A model generated the notes under the pieces. The model ran no database searches and had not been told where the DNA came from. It was given only the letters and a program-made list of their open reading frames with translations. The position numbers and the translations under genes are program-made. This document shows, piece after piece, positions 37,001 to 52,400 of a stretch of 64,000 nucleotides of DNA. This DNA is from Auanema rhodensis. Its lineage: Eukaryota; Animalia; Nematoda. Position 1 is the stretch's first letter. Every line of letters starts with the position of its first letter. The DNA is taken from NCBI GenBank assembly GCA_964057225.1, contig OZ059895.1, positions 4,154,001-4,218,000 on the forward strand, read 5' to 3'.

Positions 37001-40000
37001 GTTGATATCTCGGTGCATTTTCAAGCTAGCGCAAATCTGATAACACAGATCGACGCAGCTTAAAAATCCGCATCGAATGCACTATACTACATTGAGAAAC
37101 GCTTAATACAAAAATTAGTTATGATCGTTTGAAAAATGATGCATTAGTGTATGTTGAGTTTCCATGTACACTCAACATTGCTTCCAAAAACATTTTGACA
37201 AAAATTTTTTCGAAAAATTTCAAAATAATTTAGCAAAAAGTAGATGTTTTTAGATTCCTTTTTTCAAGGCAAAGATGATGGACAATGTTATTCAACGAAA
37301 AAATTAATTCTTCAGGGTGAAAATCGAGGATATAAGTGTGAACTTATATCAGTTGATATCTCGGTGCATTTTCAAGCTAGCGCAAATCTGACGCTTAAAA
37401 ATCCGCATCGAATGCACTATACTTCATTGAGAAACGCTTAATACAAAACTTAGTTATGATCGTTTGAAAAATGATGCATTAGTGTATGTTGAGTTTCCAT
37501 GTACACTCAACATTGCTTCCAAAAACATTTTGACAAAAATTTTTTCGAAAAATTTCAAAATAATTTAGCAAAAAGTAGATGTTTTTAGATTCCTTTTTTT
37601 AAGGCAAAGATGATGGACAATGTTATTCAACGAAAAAATTAATTCTTCAGGGTGAAAATCGAGGATATAAGTGTGAACTTATATCAGTTGATATCTCGGT
37701 GCATTTTTAAGCTAGCGCAAATCTGATAACACAGATCGACGCAGCTTAAAAATCCGCATCGAATGCACTATACTACATTGAGAAACGCTTAATACAAAAC
37801 TTAGTTATGATCGTTTGAAAAATGAAGCATTAGTGTATGTTGAGTTTCCATGTACACTCAACATTGCTTCCAAAAACATTTTGACAAAAATTTTTTCGAA
37901 AAATTTCAAAATAATTTAGCAAAAAGTAGATGTTTTTAGATTCCTTTTTTTAAGGCAAAGATGATGGACAATGTTATTCAACGAAAAAATTAATTCTTCA
38001 GGGTGAAAATCGAGGATATAAGTGTGAACTTATATCAGTTGATATCTCGTTGCATTTTCAAGCTAGCGCAAATCTGATAACACAGATCGACGCAGCTTAA
38101 AAATCCGCATCGAATGCACTATACTACATTGAGAAACGCTTAATACAAAACTTAGTTATGATCGTTTGAAAAATGATGCATTAGTGTATGTTGAGTTTCC
38201 ATGTACACTCAACATTGCTTCCAAAAACATTTCGACAAAAATGTTTTCGAAAAATTTCAAAATAATTTAGCAAAAAGTAGATGTTTTTAGATTTCTTTTT
38301 TTAAGGCAAAGACGATGGACAATGTTATTCAACGAAAAAATTAATTCTTCAGGGTGAAAATCGAGGATATAAGTGTGAACTTATATCAGTTGATATCTCG
38401 GTGCATTTTCAAGCTAGCGCAAATCTGATAACACAGATCGACGCAGCTTAAAAATCCGCATCGAATGCACTATACTACATTGAGAAACGCTTAATACAAA
38501 AATTAGTTATGATCGTTTGAAAAATGATGCATTAGTGTATGTTGAGTTTCCATGTACACTCAACATTGCTTCCAAAAACATTTTGACAAAAATTTTTTCG
38601 AAAAATTTCAAAATAATTTAGCAAAAAGTAGATGTTTTTAGATTCCTTTTTTCAAGGCAAAGATGATGGACAATGTTATTCAACGAAAAAATTAATTCTT
38701 CAGGGTGAAAATCGAGGATATAAGTGTGAACTTATATCAGTTGATATCTCGGTGCATTTTCAAGCTAGCGCAAATCTGATAACACAGATCGACGCAGCTT
38801 AAAAATCCGCATCGAATGCACTATACTACATTGAGAAACGCTTAATACAAAACTTAGTTATGATCGTTTGAAAAATGATGCATTAGTGTATGTTGAGTTT
38901 CCATGTACACTCAACATTGCTTCCAAAAACATTTCGACAAAAATGTTTTCGAAAAATTTCAAAATAATTTAGCAAAAAGTAGATGTTTTTAGATTTCTTT
39001 TTTTAAGGCAAAGACGATGGACAATGTTATTCAACGAAAAAATTAATTCTTCAGGGTGAAAATCGAAGATATAAGTGTGAACTTATATCAGTTGATATCT
39101 CGGTGCATTTTCAAGCTAGCGCAAATCTGATAACACAGATCGACGCAGCTTAAAAATCCGCATCGAATGCACTATACTACATTGAGAAACGCTTAATACA
39201 AAAATTAGTTATGATCGTTTGAAAAATGATGCATTAGTGTATGTTGAGTTTCCATGTACACTCAACATTGCTTCCAAAAACATTTTGACAAAAATTTTTT
39301 CGAAAAATTTCAAAATAATTTAGCAAAAAGTAGATGTTTTTAGATTCCTTTTTTCAAGGCAAAGATGATGGACAATGTTATTCAACGAAAAAATTAATTC
39401 TTCAGGGTGAAAATCGAGGATATAAGTGTGAACTTATATCAGTTGATATCTCGGTGCATTTTCAAGCTAGCGCAAATCTGACGCTTAAAAATCCGCATCG
39501 AATGCACTATACTTCATTGAGAAACGCTTAATACAAAACTTAGTTATGATCGTTTGAAAAATGATGCATTAGTGTATGTTGAGTTTCCATGTACACTCAA
39601 CATTGCTTCCAAAAACATTTCGACAAAAATGTTTTCGAAAAATTTCAAAATAATTTAGCAAAAAGTAGATGTTTTTAGATTTCTTTTTTTAAGGCAAAGA
39701 CGATGGACAATGTTATTCAACGAAAAAATTAATTCTTCAGGGTGAAAATCGAGGATATAAGTGTGAACTTATATCAGTTGATATCTCGGTGCATTTTCAA
39801 GCTAGCGCAAATCTGATAACACAGATCGACGCAGCTTAAAAATCCGCATCGAATGCACTATACTACATTGAGAAACGCTTAATACAAAAATTAGTTATGA
39901 TCGTTTGAAAAATGATGCATTAGTGTATGTTGAGTTTCCATGTACACTCAACATTGCTTCCAAAAACATTTTGACAAAAATTTTTTCGAAAAATTTCAAA

Positions 40001-43000
40001 ATAATTTAGCAAAAAGTAGATGTTTTTAGATTTCTTTTTTTAAGGCAAAGACGATGGACAATGTTATTCAACGAAAAAATTAATTCTTCAGGGTGAAAAT
40101 CGAGGATATAAGTGTGAACTTATATCAGTTGATATCTCGGTGCATTTTCAAGCTAGCGCAAATCTGATAACACAGATCGACGCAGCTTAAAAATCCGCAT
40201 CGAATGCACTATACTACATTGAGAAACGCTTAATACAAAAATTAGTTATGATCGTTTGAAAAATGATGCATTAGTGTATGTTGAGTTTCCATGTACACTC
40301 AACATTGCTTCCAAAAACATTTTGACAAAAATTTTTTCGAAAAATTTCAAAATAATTTAGCAAAAAGTAGATGTTTTTAGATTCCTTTTTTCAAGGCAAA
40401 GATGATGGACAATGTTATTCAACGAAAAAATCAATTCTTCAGGGTGAAAATCGAGGATATAAGTGTGAACTTATATCAGTTGATATCTCGGTGCATTTTC
40501 AAGCTAGCGCAAATCTGACGCTTAAAAATCCGCATCGAATGCACTATACTTCATTGAGAAACGCTTAATACAAAACTTAGTTATGATCGTTTGAAAAATG
40601 ATGCATTAGTGTATGTTGAGTTTCCATGTACACTCAACATTGCTTCCAAAAACATTTTGACAAAAATTTTTTCGAAAAATTTCAAAATAATTTAGCAAAA
40701 AGTAGATGTTTTTAGATTCCTTTTTTTTAAAGGCAAAGATGATGGACAATGTTATTCAACGAAAAAATTAATTCTTCAGGGTGAAAATCGAGGATATAAG
40801 TGTGAACTTATATCAGTTGATATCTCGGTGCATTTTTAAGCTAGCGCAAATCTGATAACACAGATCGACGCAGCTTAAAAATCCGCATCGAATGCACTAT
40901 ACTACATTGAGAAACGCTTAATACAAAACTTAGTTATGATCGTTTGAAAAATGATGCATTAGTGTATGTTGAGTTTCCATGTACACTCAACATTGCTTCC
41001 AAAAACATTTTGACAAAAATTTTTTCGAAAAATTTCAAAATAATTTAGCAAAAAGTAGATGTTTTTAGATTCCTTTTTTTAAGGCAAAGATGATGGACAA
41101 TGTTATTCAACGAAAAAATTAATTCTTCAGGGTGAAAATCGAGGATATAAGTGTGAACTTATATCAGTTGATATCTCGTTGCATTTTCAAGCTAGCGCAA
41201 ATCTGATAACACAGATCGACGCAGCTTAAAAATCCGCATCGAATGCACTATACTACATTGAGAAACGCTTAATACAAAACTTAGTTATGATCGTTTGAAA
41301 AATGATGCATTAGTGTATGTTGAGTTTCCATGTACACTCAACATTGCTTCCAAAAACATTTCGACAAAAATGTTTTCGAAAAATTTCAAAATAATTTAGC
41401 AAAAAGTAGATGTTTTTAGATTTCTTTTTTTAAGGCAAAGACGATGGACAATGTTATTCAACGAAAAAATTAATTCTTCAGGGTGAAAATCGAGGATATA
41501 AGTGTGAACTTATATCAGTTGATATCTCGGTGCATTTTCAAGCTAGCGCAAATCTGATAACACAGATCGACGCAGCTTAAAAATCCGCATCGAATGCACT
41601 ATACTACATTGAGAAACGCTTAATACAAAAATTAGTTATGATCGTTTGAAAAATGATGCATTAGTGTATGTTGAGTTTCCATGTACACTCAACATTGCTT
41701 CCAAAAACATTTTGACAAAAATTTTTTCGAAAAATTTCAAAATAATTTAGCAAAAAGTAGATGTTTTTAGATTCCTTTTTTCAAGGCAAAGATGATGGAC
41801 AATGTTATTCAACGAAAAAATTAATTCTTCAGGGTGAAAATCGAGGATATAAGTGTGAACTTATATCAGTTGATATCTCGGTGCATTTTCAAGCTAGCGC
41901 AAATCTGATAACACAGATCGACGCAGCTTAAAAATCCGCATCGAATGCACTATACTACATTGAGAAACGCTTAATACAAAACTTAGTTATGATCGTTTGA
42001 AAAATGATGCATTAGTGTATGTTGAGTTTCCATGTACACTCAACATTGCTTCCAAAAACATTTCGACAAAAATGTTTTCGAAAAATTTCAAAATAATTTA
42101 GCAAAAAGTAGATGTTTTTAGATTTCTTTTTTTAAGGCAAAGACGATGGACAATGTTATTCAACGAAAAAATTAATTCTTCAGGGTGAAAATCGAGGATA
42201 TAAGTGTGAACTTATATCAGTTGATATCTCGGTGCATTTTCAAGCTAGCGCAAATCTGATAACACAGATCGACGCAGCTTAAAAATCCGCATCGAATGCA
42301 CTATACTACATTGAGAAACGCTTAATACAAAAATTAGTTATGATCGTTTGAAAAATGATGCATTAGTGTATGTTGAGTTTCCATGTACACTCAACATTGC
42401 TTCCAAAAACATTTTGACAAAAATTTTTTCGAAAAATTTCAAAATAATTTAGCAAAAAGTAGATGTTTTTAGATTCCTTTTTTCAAGGCAAAGATGATGG
42501 ACAATGTTATTCAACGAAAAAATTAATTCTTCAGGGTGAAAATCGAGGATATAAGTGTGAACTTATATCAGTTGATATCTCGGTGCATTTTCAAGCTAGC
42601 GCAAATCTGACGCTTAAAAATCCGCATCGAATGCACTATACTTCATTGAGAAACGCTTAATACAAAACTTAGTTATGATCGTTTGAAAAATGATGCATTA
42701 GTGTATGTTGAGTTTCCATGTACACTCAACATTGCTTCCAAAAACATTTCGACAAAAATGTTTTCGAAAAATTTCAAAATAATTTAGCAAAAAGTAGATG
42801 TTTTTAGATTTCTTTTTTTAAGGCAAAGACGATGGACAATGTTATTCAACGAAAAAATTAATTCTTCAGGGTGAAAATCGAGGATATAAGTGTGAACTTA
42901 TATCAGTTGATATCTCGGTGCATTTTCAAGCTAGCGCAAATCTGATAACACAGATCGACGCAGCTTAAAAATCCGCATCGAATGCACTATACTACATTGA

Positions 43001-43429
43001 GAAACGCTTAATACAAAAATTAGTTATGATCGTTTGAAAAATGATGCATTAGTGTATGTTGAGTTTCCATGTACACTCAACATTGCTTCCAAAAACATTT
43101 TGACAAAAATTTTTTCGAAAAATTTCAAAATAATTTAGCAAAAAGTAGATGTTTTTAGATTTCTTTTTTTAAGGCAAAGACGATGGACAATGTTATTCAA
43201 CGAAAAAATTAATTCTTCAGGGTGAAAATCGAGGATATAAGTGTGAACTTATATCAGTTGATATCTCGGTGCATTTTCAAGCTAGCGCAAATCTGATAAC
43301 ACAGATCGACGCAGCTTAAAAATCCGCATCGAATGCACTATACTACATTGAGAAACGCTTAATACAAAAATTAGTTATGATCGTTTGAAAAATGATGCAT
43401 TAGTGTATGTTGAGTTTCCATGTACACTC
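34047..43429 (+). repeat. 9-monomer (3127-bp) HOR, 3 tandem copies
   Basis: The order S-C-D-A-B-A-S-A-E starts at 34047, 37174 and 40301. ORF spacings 34117/37244/40371 and 36207/39334/42463 equal 3127, plus 2 for the insertion near 40728. Confidence 0.9.
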
Positions 43430-46400
43430 AACATTGCTTCCAAAAACATTTTGACAAAAATTTTTTCGAAAAATTTCAAAATAATTTAGCAAAAAGTAGA
43501 TGTTTTTAGATTCCTTTTTTCAAGGCAAAGATGATGGACAATGTTATTCAACGAAAAAATTAATTCTTCAGGGTGAAAATCGAGGATATAAGTGTGAACT
43601 TATATCAGTTGATATCTCGGTGCATTTTCAAGCTAGCGCAAATCTGATAACACAGATCGACGCAGCTTAAAAATCCGCATCGAATGCACTATACTACATT
43701 GAGAAACGCTTAATACAAAAATTAGTTATGATCGTTTGAAAAATGATGCATTAGTGTATGTTGAGTTTCCATGTACACTCAACATTGCTTCCAAAAACAT
43801 TTTGACAAAAATTTTTTCGAAAAATTTCAAAATAATTTAGCAAAAAGTAGATGTTTTTAGATTCCTTTTTTCAAGGCAAAGATGATGGACAATGTTATTC
43901 AACGAAAAAATTAATTCTTCAGGGTGAAAATCGAGGATATAAGTGTGAACTTATATCAGTTGATATCTCGGTGCATTTTCAAGCTAGCGCAAATCTGACG
44001 CTTAAAAATCCGCATCGAATGCACTATACTTCATTGAGAAACGCTTAATACAAAACTTAGTTATGATCGTTTGAAAAATGATGCATTAGTGTATGTTGAG
44101 TTTCCATGTACACTCAACATTGCTTCCAAAAACATTTCGACAAAAATGTTTTCGAAAAATTTCAAAATAATTTAGCAAAAAGTAGATGTTTTTAGATTTC
44201 TTTTTTTAAGGCAAAGACGATGGACAATGTTATTCAACGAAAAAATTAATTCTTCAGGGTGAAAATCGAGGATATAAGTGTGAACTTATATCAGTTGATA
44301 TCTCGGTGCATTTTCAAGCTAGCGCAAATCTGATAACACAGATCGACGCAGCTTAAAAATCCGCATCGAATGCACTATACTACATTGAGAAACGCTTAAT
44401 ACAAAAATTAGTTATGATCGTTTGAAAAATGATGCATTAGTGTATGTTGAGTTTCCATGTACACTCAACATTGCTTCCAAAAACATTTTGACAAAAATTT
44501 TTTCGAAAAATTTCAAAATAATTTAGCAAAAAGTAGATGTTTTTAGATTTCTTTTTTTAAGGCAAAGACGATGGACAATGTTATTCAACGAAAAAATTAA
44601 TTCTTCAGGGTGAAAATCGAGGATATAAGTGTGAACTTATATCAGTTGATATCTCGGTGCATTTTTAAGCTAGCGCAAATCTGATAACACAGATCGACGC
44701 AGCTTAAAAATCCGCATCGAATGCACTATACTACATTGAGAAACGCTTAATACAAAAATTAGTTATGATCGTTTGAAAAATGATGCATTAGTGTATGTTG
44801 AGTTTCCATGTACACTCAACATTGCTTCCAAAAACATTTTGACAAAAATTTTTTCGAAAAATTTCAAAATAATTTAGCAAAAAGTAGATGTTTTTAGATT
44901 CCTTTTTTTAAGGCAAAGATGATGGACAATGTTATTCAACGAAAAAATTAATTCTTCAGGGTGAAAATCGAGGATATAAGTGTGAACTTATATCAGTTGA
45001 TATCTCGGTGCATTTTCAAGCTAGCGCAAATCTGATAACACAGATCGACGCAGCTTAAAAATCCGCATCGAATGCACTATACTACATTGAGAAACGCTTA
45101 ATACAAAACTTAGTTATGATCGTTTGAAAAATGATGCATTAGTGTATGTTGAGTTTCCATGTACACTCAACATTGCTTCCAAAAACATTTCGACAAAAAT
45201 GTTTTCGAAAAATTTCAAAATAATTTAGCAAAAAGTAGATGTTTTTAGATTTCTTTTTTTAAGGCAAAGACGATGGACAATGTTATTCAACGAAAAAATT
45301 AATTCTTCAGGGTGAAAATCGAGGATATAAGTGTGAACTTATATCAGTTGATATCTCGGTGCATTTTCAAGCTAGCGCAAATCTGATAACACAGATCGAC
45401 GCAGCTTAAAAATCCGCATCGAATGCACTATACTACATTGAGAAACGCTTAATACAAAAATTAGTTATGATCGTTTGAAAAATGATGCATTAGTGTATGT
45501 TGAGTTTCCATGTACACTCAACATTGCTTCCAAAAACATTTTGACAAAAATTTTTTCGAAAAATTTCAAAATAATTTAGCAAAAAGTAGATGTTTTTAGA
45601 TTCCTTTTTTCAAGGCAAAGACGATGGACAATGTTATTCAACGAAAAAATTAATTCTTCAGGGTGAAAATCGAGGATATAAGTGTGAACTTATATCAGTT
45701 GATATCTCGGTGCATTTTCAAGCTAGCGCAAATCTGATAACACAGATCGACGCAGCTTAAAAATCCGCATCGAATGCACTATACTACATTGAGAAACGCT
45801 TAATACAAAAATTAGTTATGATCGTTTGAAAAATGATGCATTAGTGTATGTTGAGTTTCCATGTACACTCAACATTGCTTCCAAAAACATTTTGACAAAA
45901 ATTTTTTCGAAAAATTTCAAAATAATTTAGCAAAAAGTAGATGTTTTTAGATTCCTTTTTTCAAGGCAAAGATGATGGACAATGTTATTCAACGAAAAAA
46001 TTAATTCTTCAGGGTGAAAATCGAGGATATAAGTGTGAACTTATATCAGTTGATATCTCGGTGCATTTTCAAGCTAGCGCAAATCTGATAACACAGATCG
46101 ACGCAGCTTAAAAATCCGCATCGAATGCACTATACTACATTGAGAAACGCTTAATACAAAACTTAGTTATGATCGTTTGAAAAATGATGCATTAGTGTAT
46201 GTTGAGTTTCCATGTACACTCAACATTGCTTCCAAAAACATTTCGACAAAAATGTTTTCGAAAAATTTCAAAATAATTTAGCAAAAAGTAGATGTTTTTA
46301 GATTTCTTTTTTTAAGGCAAAGACGATGGACAATGTTATTCAACGAAAAAATTAATTCTTCAGGGTGAAAATCGAGGATATAAGTGTGAACTTATATCAG

Positions 46401-49400
46401 TTGATATCTCGGTGCATTTTCAAGCTAGCGCAAATCTGATAACACAGATCGACGCAGCTTAAAAATCCGCATCGAATGCACTATACTACATTGAGAAACG
46501 CTTAATACAAAAATTAGTTATGATCGTTTGAAAAATGATGCATTAGTGTATGTTGAGTTTCCATGTACACTCAACATTGCTTCCAAAAACATTTTGACAA
46601 AAATTTTTTCGAAAAATTTCAAAATAATTTAGCAAAAAGTAGATGTTTTTAGATTCCTTTTTTCAAGGCAAAGATGATGGACAATGTTATTCAACGAAAA
46701 AATTAATTCTTCAGGGTGAAAATCGAGGATATAAGTGTGAACTTATATCAGTTGATATCTCGGTGCATTTTCAAGCTAGCGCAAATCTGACGCTTAAAAA
46801 TCCGCATCGAATGCACTATACTTCATTGAGAAACGCTTAATACAAAACTTAGTTATGATCGTTCGAAAAATGATGCATTAGTGTATGTTGAGTTTCCATG
46901 TACACTCAACATTGCTTCCAAAAACATTTCGACAAAAATGTTTTCGAAAAATTTCAAAATAATTTAGCAAAAAGTAGATGTTTTTAGATTTCTTTTTTTA
47001 AGGCAAAGACGATGGACAATGTTATTCAACGAAAAAATTAATTCTTCAGGGTGAAAATCGAGGATATAAGTGTGAACTTATATCAGTTGATATCTCGGTG
47101 CATTTTCAAGCTAGCGCAAATCTGATAACACAGATCGACGCAGCTTAAAAATCCGCATCGAATGCACTATACTACATTGAGAAACGCTTAATACAAAAAT
47201 TAGTTATGATCGTTTGAAAAATGATGCATTAGTGTATGTTGAGTTTCCATGTACACTCAACATTGCTTCCAAAAACATTTTGACAAAAATTTTTTCGAAA
47301 AATTTCAAAATAATTTAGCAAAAAGTAGATGTTTTTAGATTTCTTTTTTTAAGGCAAAGACGATGGACAATGTTATTCAACGAAAAAATTAATTCTTCAG
47401 GGTGAAAATCGAGGATATAAGTGTGAACTTATATCAGTTGATATCTCGGTGCATTTTCAAGCTAGCGCAAATCTGATAACACAGATCGACGCAGCTTAAA
47501 AATCCGCATCGAATGCACTATACTACATTGAGAAACGCTTAATACAAAAATTAGTTATGATCGTTTGAAAAATGATGCATTAGTGTATGTTGAGTTTCCA
47601 TGTACACTCAACATTGCTTCCAAAAACATTTTGACAAAAATTTTTTCGAAAAATTTCAAAATAATTTAGCAAAAAGTAGATGTTTTTAGATTCCTTTTTT
47701 CAAGGCAAAGATGATGGACAATGTTATTCAACGAAAAAATTAATTCTTCAGGGTGAAAATCGAGGATATAAGTGTGAACTTATATCAGTTGATATCTCGG
47801 TGCATTTTCAAGCTAGCGCAAATCTGACGCTTAAAAATCCGCATCGAATGCACTATACTACATTGAGAAACGCTTAATACAAAACTTAGTTATGATCGTT
47901 TGAAAAATGATGCATTAGTGTATGTTGAGTTTCCATGTACACTCAACATTGCTTCCAAAAACATTTTGACAAAAATTTTTTCGAAAAATTTCAAAATAAT
48001 TTAGCAAAAAGTAGATGTTTTTAGATTCCTTTTTTTAAGGCAAAGATGATGGACAATGTTATTCAACGAAAAAATTAATTCTTCAGGGTGAAAATCGAGG
48101 ATATAAGTGTGAACTTATATCAGTTGATATCTCGTTGCATTTTCAAGCTAGCGCAAATCTGATAACACAGATCGACGCAGCTTAAAAATCCGCATCGAAT
48201 GCACTATACTACATTGAGAAACGCTTAATACAAAACTTAGTTATGATCGTTTGAAAAATGATGCATTAGTGTATGTTGAGTTTCCATGTACACTCAACAT
48301 TGCTTCCAAAAACATTTCGACAAAAATGTTTTCGAAAAATTTCAAAATAATTTAGCAAAAAGTAGATGTTTTTAGATTTCTTTTTTTAAGGCAAAGACGA
48401 TGGACAATGTTATTCAACGAAAAAATTAATTCTTCAGGGTGAAAATCGAGGATATAAGTGTGAACTTATATCAGTTGATATCTCGGTGCATTTTCAAGCT
48501 AGCGCAAATCTGATAACACAGATCGACGCAGCTTAAAAATCCGCATCGAATGCACTATACTACATTGAGAAACGCTTAATACAAAACTTAGTTATGATCG
48601 TTTGAAAAATGATGCATTAGTGTATGTTGAGTTTCCATGTACACTCAACATTGCTTCCAAAAACATTTCGACAAAAATGTTTTCGAAAAATTTCAAAATA
48701 ATTTAGCAAAAAGTAGATGTTTTTAGATTTCTTTTTTTAAGGCAAAGACGATGGACAATGTTATTCAACGAAAAAATTAATTCTTCAGGGTGAAAATCGA
48801 GGATATAAGTGTGAACTTATATCAGTTGATATCTCGGTGCATTTTCAAGCTAGCGCAAATCTGATAACACAGATCGACGCAGCTTAAAAATCCGCATCGA
48901 ATGCACTATACTACATTGAGAAACGCTTAATACAAAAATTAGTTATGATCGTTTGAAAAATGATGCATTAGTGTATGTTGAGTTTCCATGTACACTGAAC
49001 ATTGCTTCCAAAAACATTTTGACAAAAATTTTTTCGAAAAATTTCAAAATAATTTAGCAAAAAGTAGATGTTTTTAGATTCCTTTTTTCAAGGCAAAGAT
49101 GATGGACAATGTTATTCAACGAAAAAATTAATTCTTCAGGGTGAAAATCGAGGATATAAGTGTGAACTTATATCAGTTGATATCTCGGTGCATTTTCAAG
49201 CTAGCGCAAATCTGATAACACAGATCGACGCAGCTTAAAAATCCGCATCGAATGCACTATACTACATTGAGAAACGCTTAATACAAAAATTAGTTATGAT
49301 CGTTTGAAAAATGATGCATTAGTGTATGTTGAGTTTCCATGTACACTGAACATTGCTTCCAAAAACATTTTGACAAAAATTTTTTCGAAAAATTTCAAAA

Positions 49401-52400
49401 TAATTTAGCAAAAAGTAGATGTTTTTAGATTCCTTTTTTCAAGGCAAAGATGATGGACAATGTTATTCAACGAAAAAATTAATTCTTCAGGGTGAAAATC
49501 GAGGATATAAGTGTGAACTTATATCAGTTGATATCTCGGTGCATTTTCAAGCTAGCGCAAATCTGACGCTTAAAAATCCGCATCGAATGCACTATACTTC
49601 ATTGAGAAACGCTTAATACAAAACTTAGTTATGATCGTTTGAAAAATGATGCATTAGTGTATGTTGAGTTTCCATGTACACTCAACATTGCTTCCAAAAA
49701 CATTTTGACAAAAATTTTTTCGAAAAATTTCAAAATAATTTAGCAAAAAGTAGATGTTTTTAGATTCCTTTTTTCAAGGCAAAGACGATGGACAATGTTA
49801 TTCAACGAAAAAATTAATTCTTCAGGGTGAAAATCGAGGATATAAGTGTGAACTTATATCAGTTGATATCTCGGTGCATTTTCAAGCTAGCGCAAATCTG
49901 ATAACACAGATCGACGCAGCTTAAAAATCCGCATCGAATGCACTATACTACATTGAGAAACGCTTAATACAAAACTTAGTTATGATCGTTTGAAAAATGA
50001 TGCATTAGTGTATGTTGAGTTTCCATGTACACTCAACATTGCTTCCAAAAACATTTCGACAAAAATGTTTTCGAAAAATTTCAAAATAATTTAGCAAAAA
50101 GTAGATGTTTTTAGATTTCTTTTTTTAAGGCAAAGACGATGGACAATGTTATTCAACGAAAAAATTAATTCTTCAGGGTGAAAATCGAGGATATAAGTGT
50201 GAACTTATATCAGTTGATATCTCGGTGCATTTTCAAGCTAGCGCAAATCTGACGCTTAAAAATCCGCATCGAATGCACTATACTTCATTGAGAAACGCTT
50301 AATACAAAACTTAGTTATGATCGTTTGAAAAATGATGCATTAGTGTATGTTGAGTTTCCATGTACACTCAACATTGCTTCCAAAAACATTTCGACAAAAA
50401 TGTTTTCGAAAAATTTCAAAATAATTTAGCAAAAAGTAGATGTTTTTAGATTTCTTTTTTTAAGGCAAAGACGATGGACAATGTTATTCAACGAAAAAAT
50501 TAATTCTTCAGGGTGAAAATCGAGGATATAAGTGTGAACTTATATCAGTTGATATCTCGGTGCATTTTCAAGCTAGCGCAAATCTGATAACACAGATCGA
50601 CGCAGCTTAAAAATCCGCATCGAATGCACTATACTACATTGAGAAACGCTTAATACAAAAATTAGTTATGATCGTTTGAAAAATGATGCATTAGTGTATG
50701 TTGAGTTTCCATGTACACTCAACATTGCTTCCAAAAACATTTTGACAAAAATTTTTTCGAAAAATTTCAAAATAATTTAGCAAAAAGTAGATGTTTTTAG
50801 ATTCCTTTTTTCAAGGCAAAGATGATGGACAATGTTATTCAACGAAAAAATTAATTCTTCAGGGTGAAAATCGAGGATATAAGTGTGAACTTATATCAGT
50901 TGATATCTCGGTGCATTTTCAAGCTAGCGCAAATCTGACGCTTAAAAATCCGCATCGAATGCACTATACTTCATTGAGAAACGCTTAATACAAAACTTAG
51001 TTATGATCGTTTGAAAAATGATGCATTAGTGTATGTTGAGTTTCCATGTACACTCAACATTGCTTCCAAAAACATTTCGACAAAAATGTTTTCGAAAAAT
51101 TTCAAAATAATTTAGCAAAAAGTAGATGTTTTTAGATTTCTTTTTTTAAGGCAAAGACGATGGACAATGTTATTCAACGAAAAAATTAATTCTTCAGGGT
51201 GAAAATCGAGGATATAAGTGTGAACTTATATCAGTTGATATCTCGGTGCATTTTCAAGCTAGCGCAAATCTGATAACACAGATCGACGCAGCTTAAAAAT
51301 CCGCATCGAATGCACTATACTACATTGAGAAACGCTTAATACAAAAATTAGTTATGATCGTTTGAAAAATGATGCATTAGTGTATGTTGAGTTTCCATGT
51401 ACACTCAACATTGCTTCCAAAAACATTTTGACAAAAATTTTTTCGAAAAATTTCAAAATAATTTAGCAAAAAGTAGATGTTTTTAGATTTCTTTTTTTAA
51501 GGCAAAGACGATGGACAATGTTATTCAACGAAAAAATTAATTCTTCAGGGTGAAAATCGAGGATATAAGTGTGAACTTATATCAGTTGATATCTCGGTGC
51601 ATTTTCAAGCTAGCGCAAATCTGATAACACAGATCGACGCAGCTTAAAAATCCGCATCGAATGCACTATACTACATTGAGAAACGCTTAATACAAAAATT
51701 AGTTATGATCGTTTGAAAAATGATGCATTAGTGTATGTTGAGTTTCCATGTACACTCAACATTGCTTCCAAAAACATTTTGACAAAAATTTTTTCGAAAA
51801 ATTTCAAAATAATTTAGCAAAAAGTAGATGTTTTTAGATTCCTTTTTTCAAGGCAAAGATGATGGACAATGTTATTCAACGAAAAAATTAATTCTTCAGG
51901 GTGAAAATCGAGGATATAAGTGTGAACTTATATCAGTTGATATCTCGGTGCATTTTCAAGCTAGCGCAAATCTGACGCTTAAAAATCCGCATCGAATGCA
52001 CTATACTTCATTGAGAAACGCTTAATACAAAACTTAGTTATGATCGTTTGAAAAATGATGCATTAGTGTATGTTGAGTTTCCATGTACACTCAACATTGC
52101 TTCCAAAAACATTTTGACAAAAATTTTTTCGAAAAATTTCAAAATAATTTAGCAAAAAGTAGATGTTTTTAGATTCTTTTTTTCAAGGCAAAGATGATGG
52201 ACAATGTTATTCAACGAAAAAATTAATTCTTCAGGGTGAAAATCGAGGATATAAGTGTGAACTTATATCAGTTGATATCTCGGTGCATTTTCAAGCTAGC
52301 GCAAATCTGACGCTTAAAAATCCGCATCGAATGCACTATACTTCATTGAGAAACGCTTAATACAAAACTTAGTTATGATCGTTTGAAAAATGATGCATTA

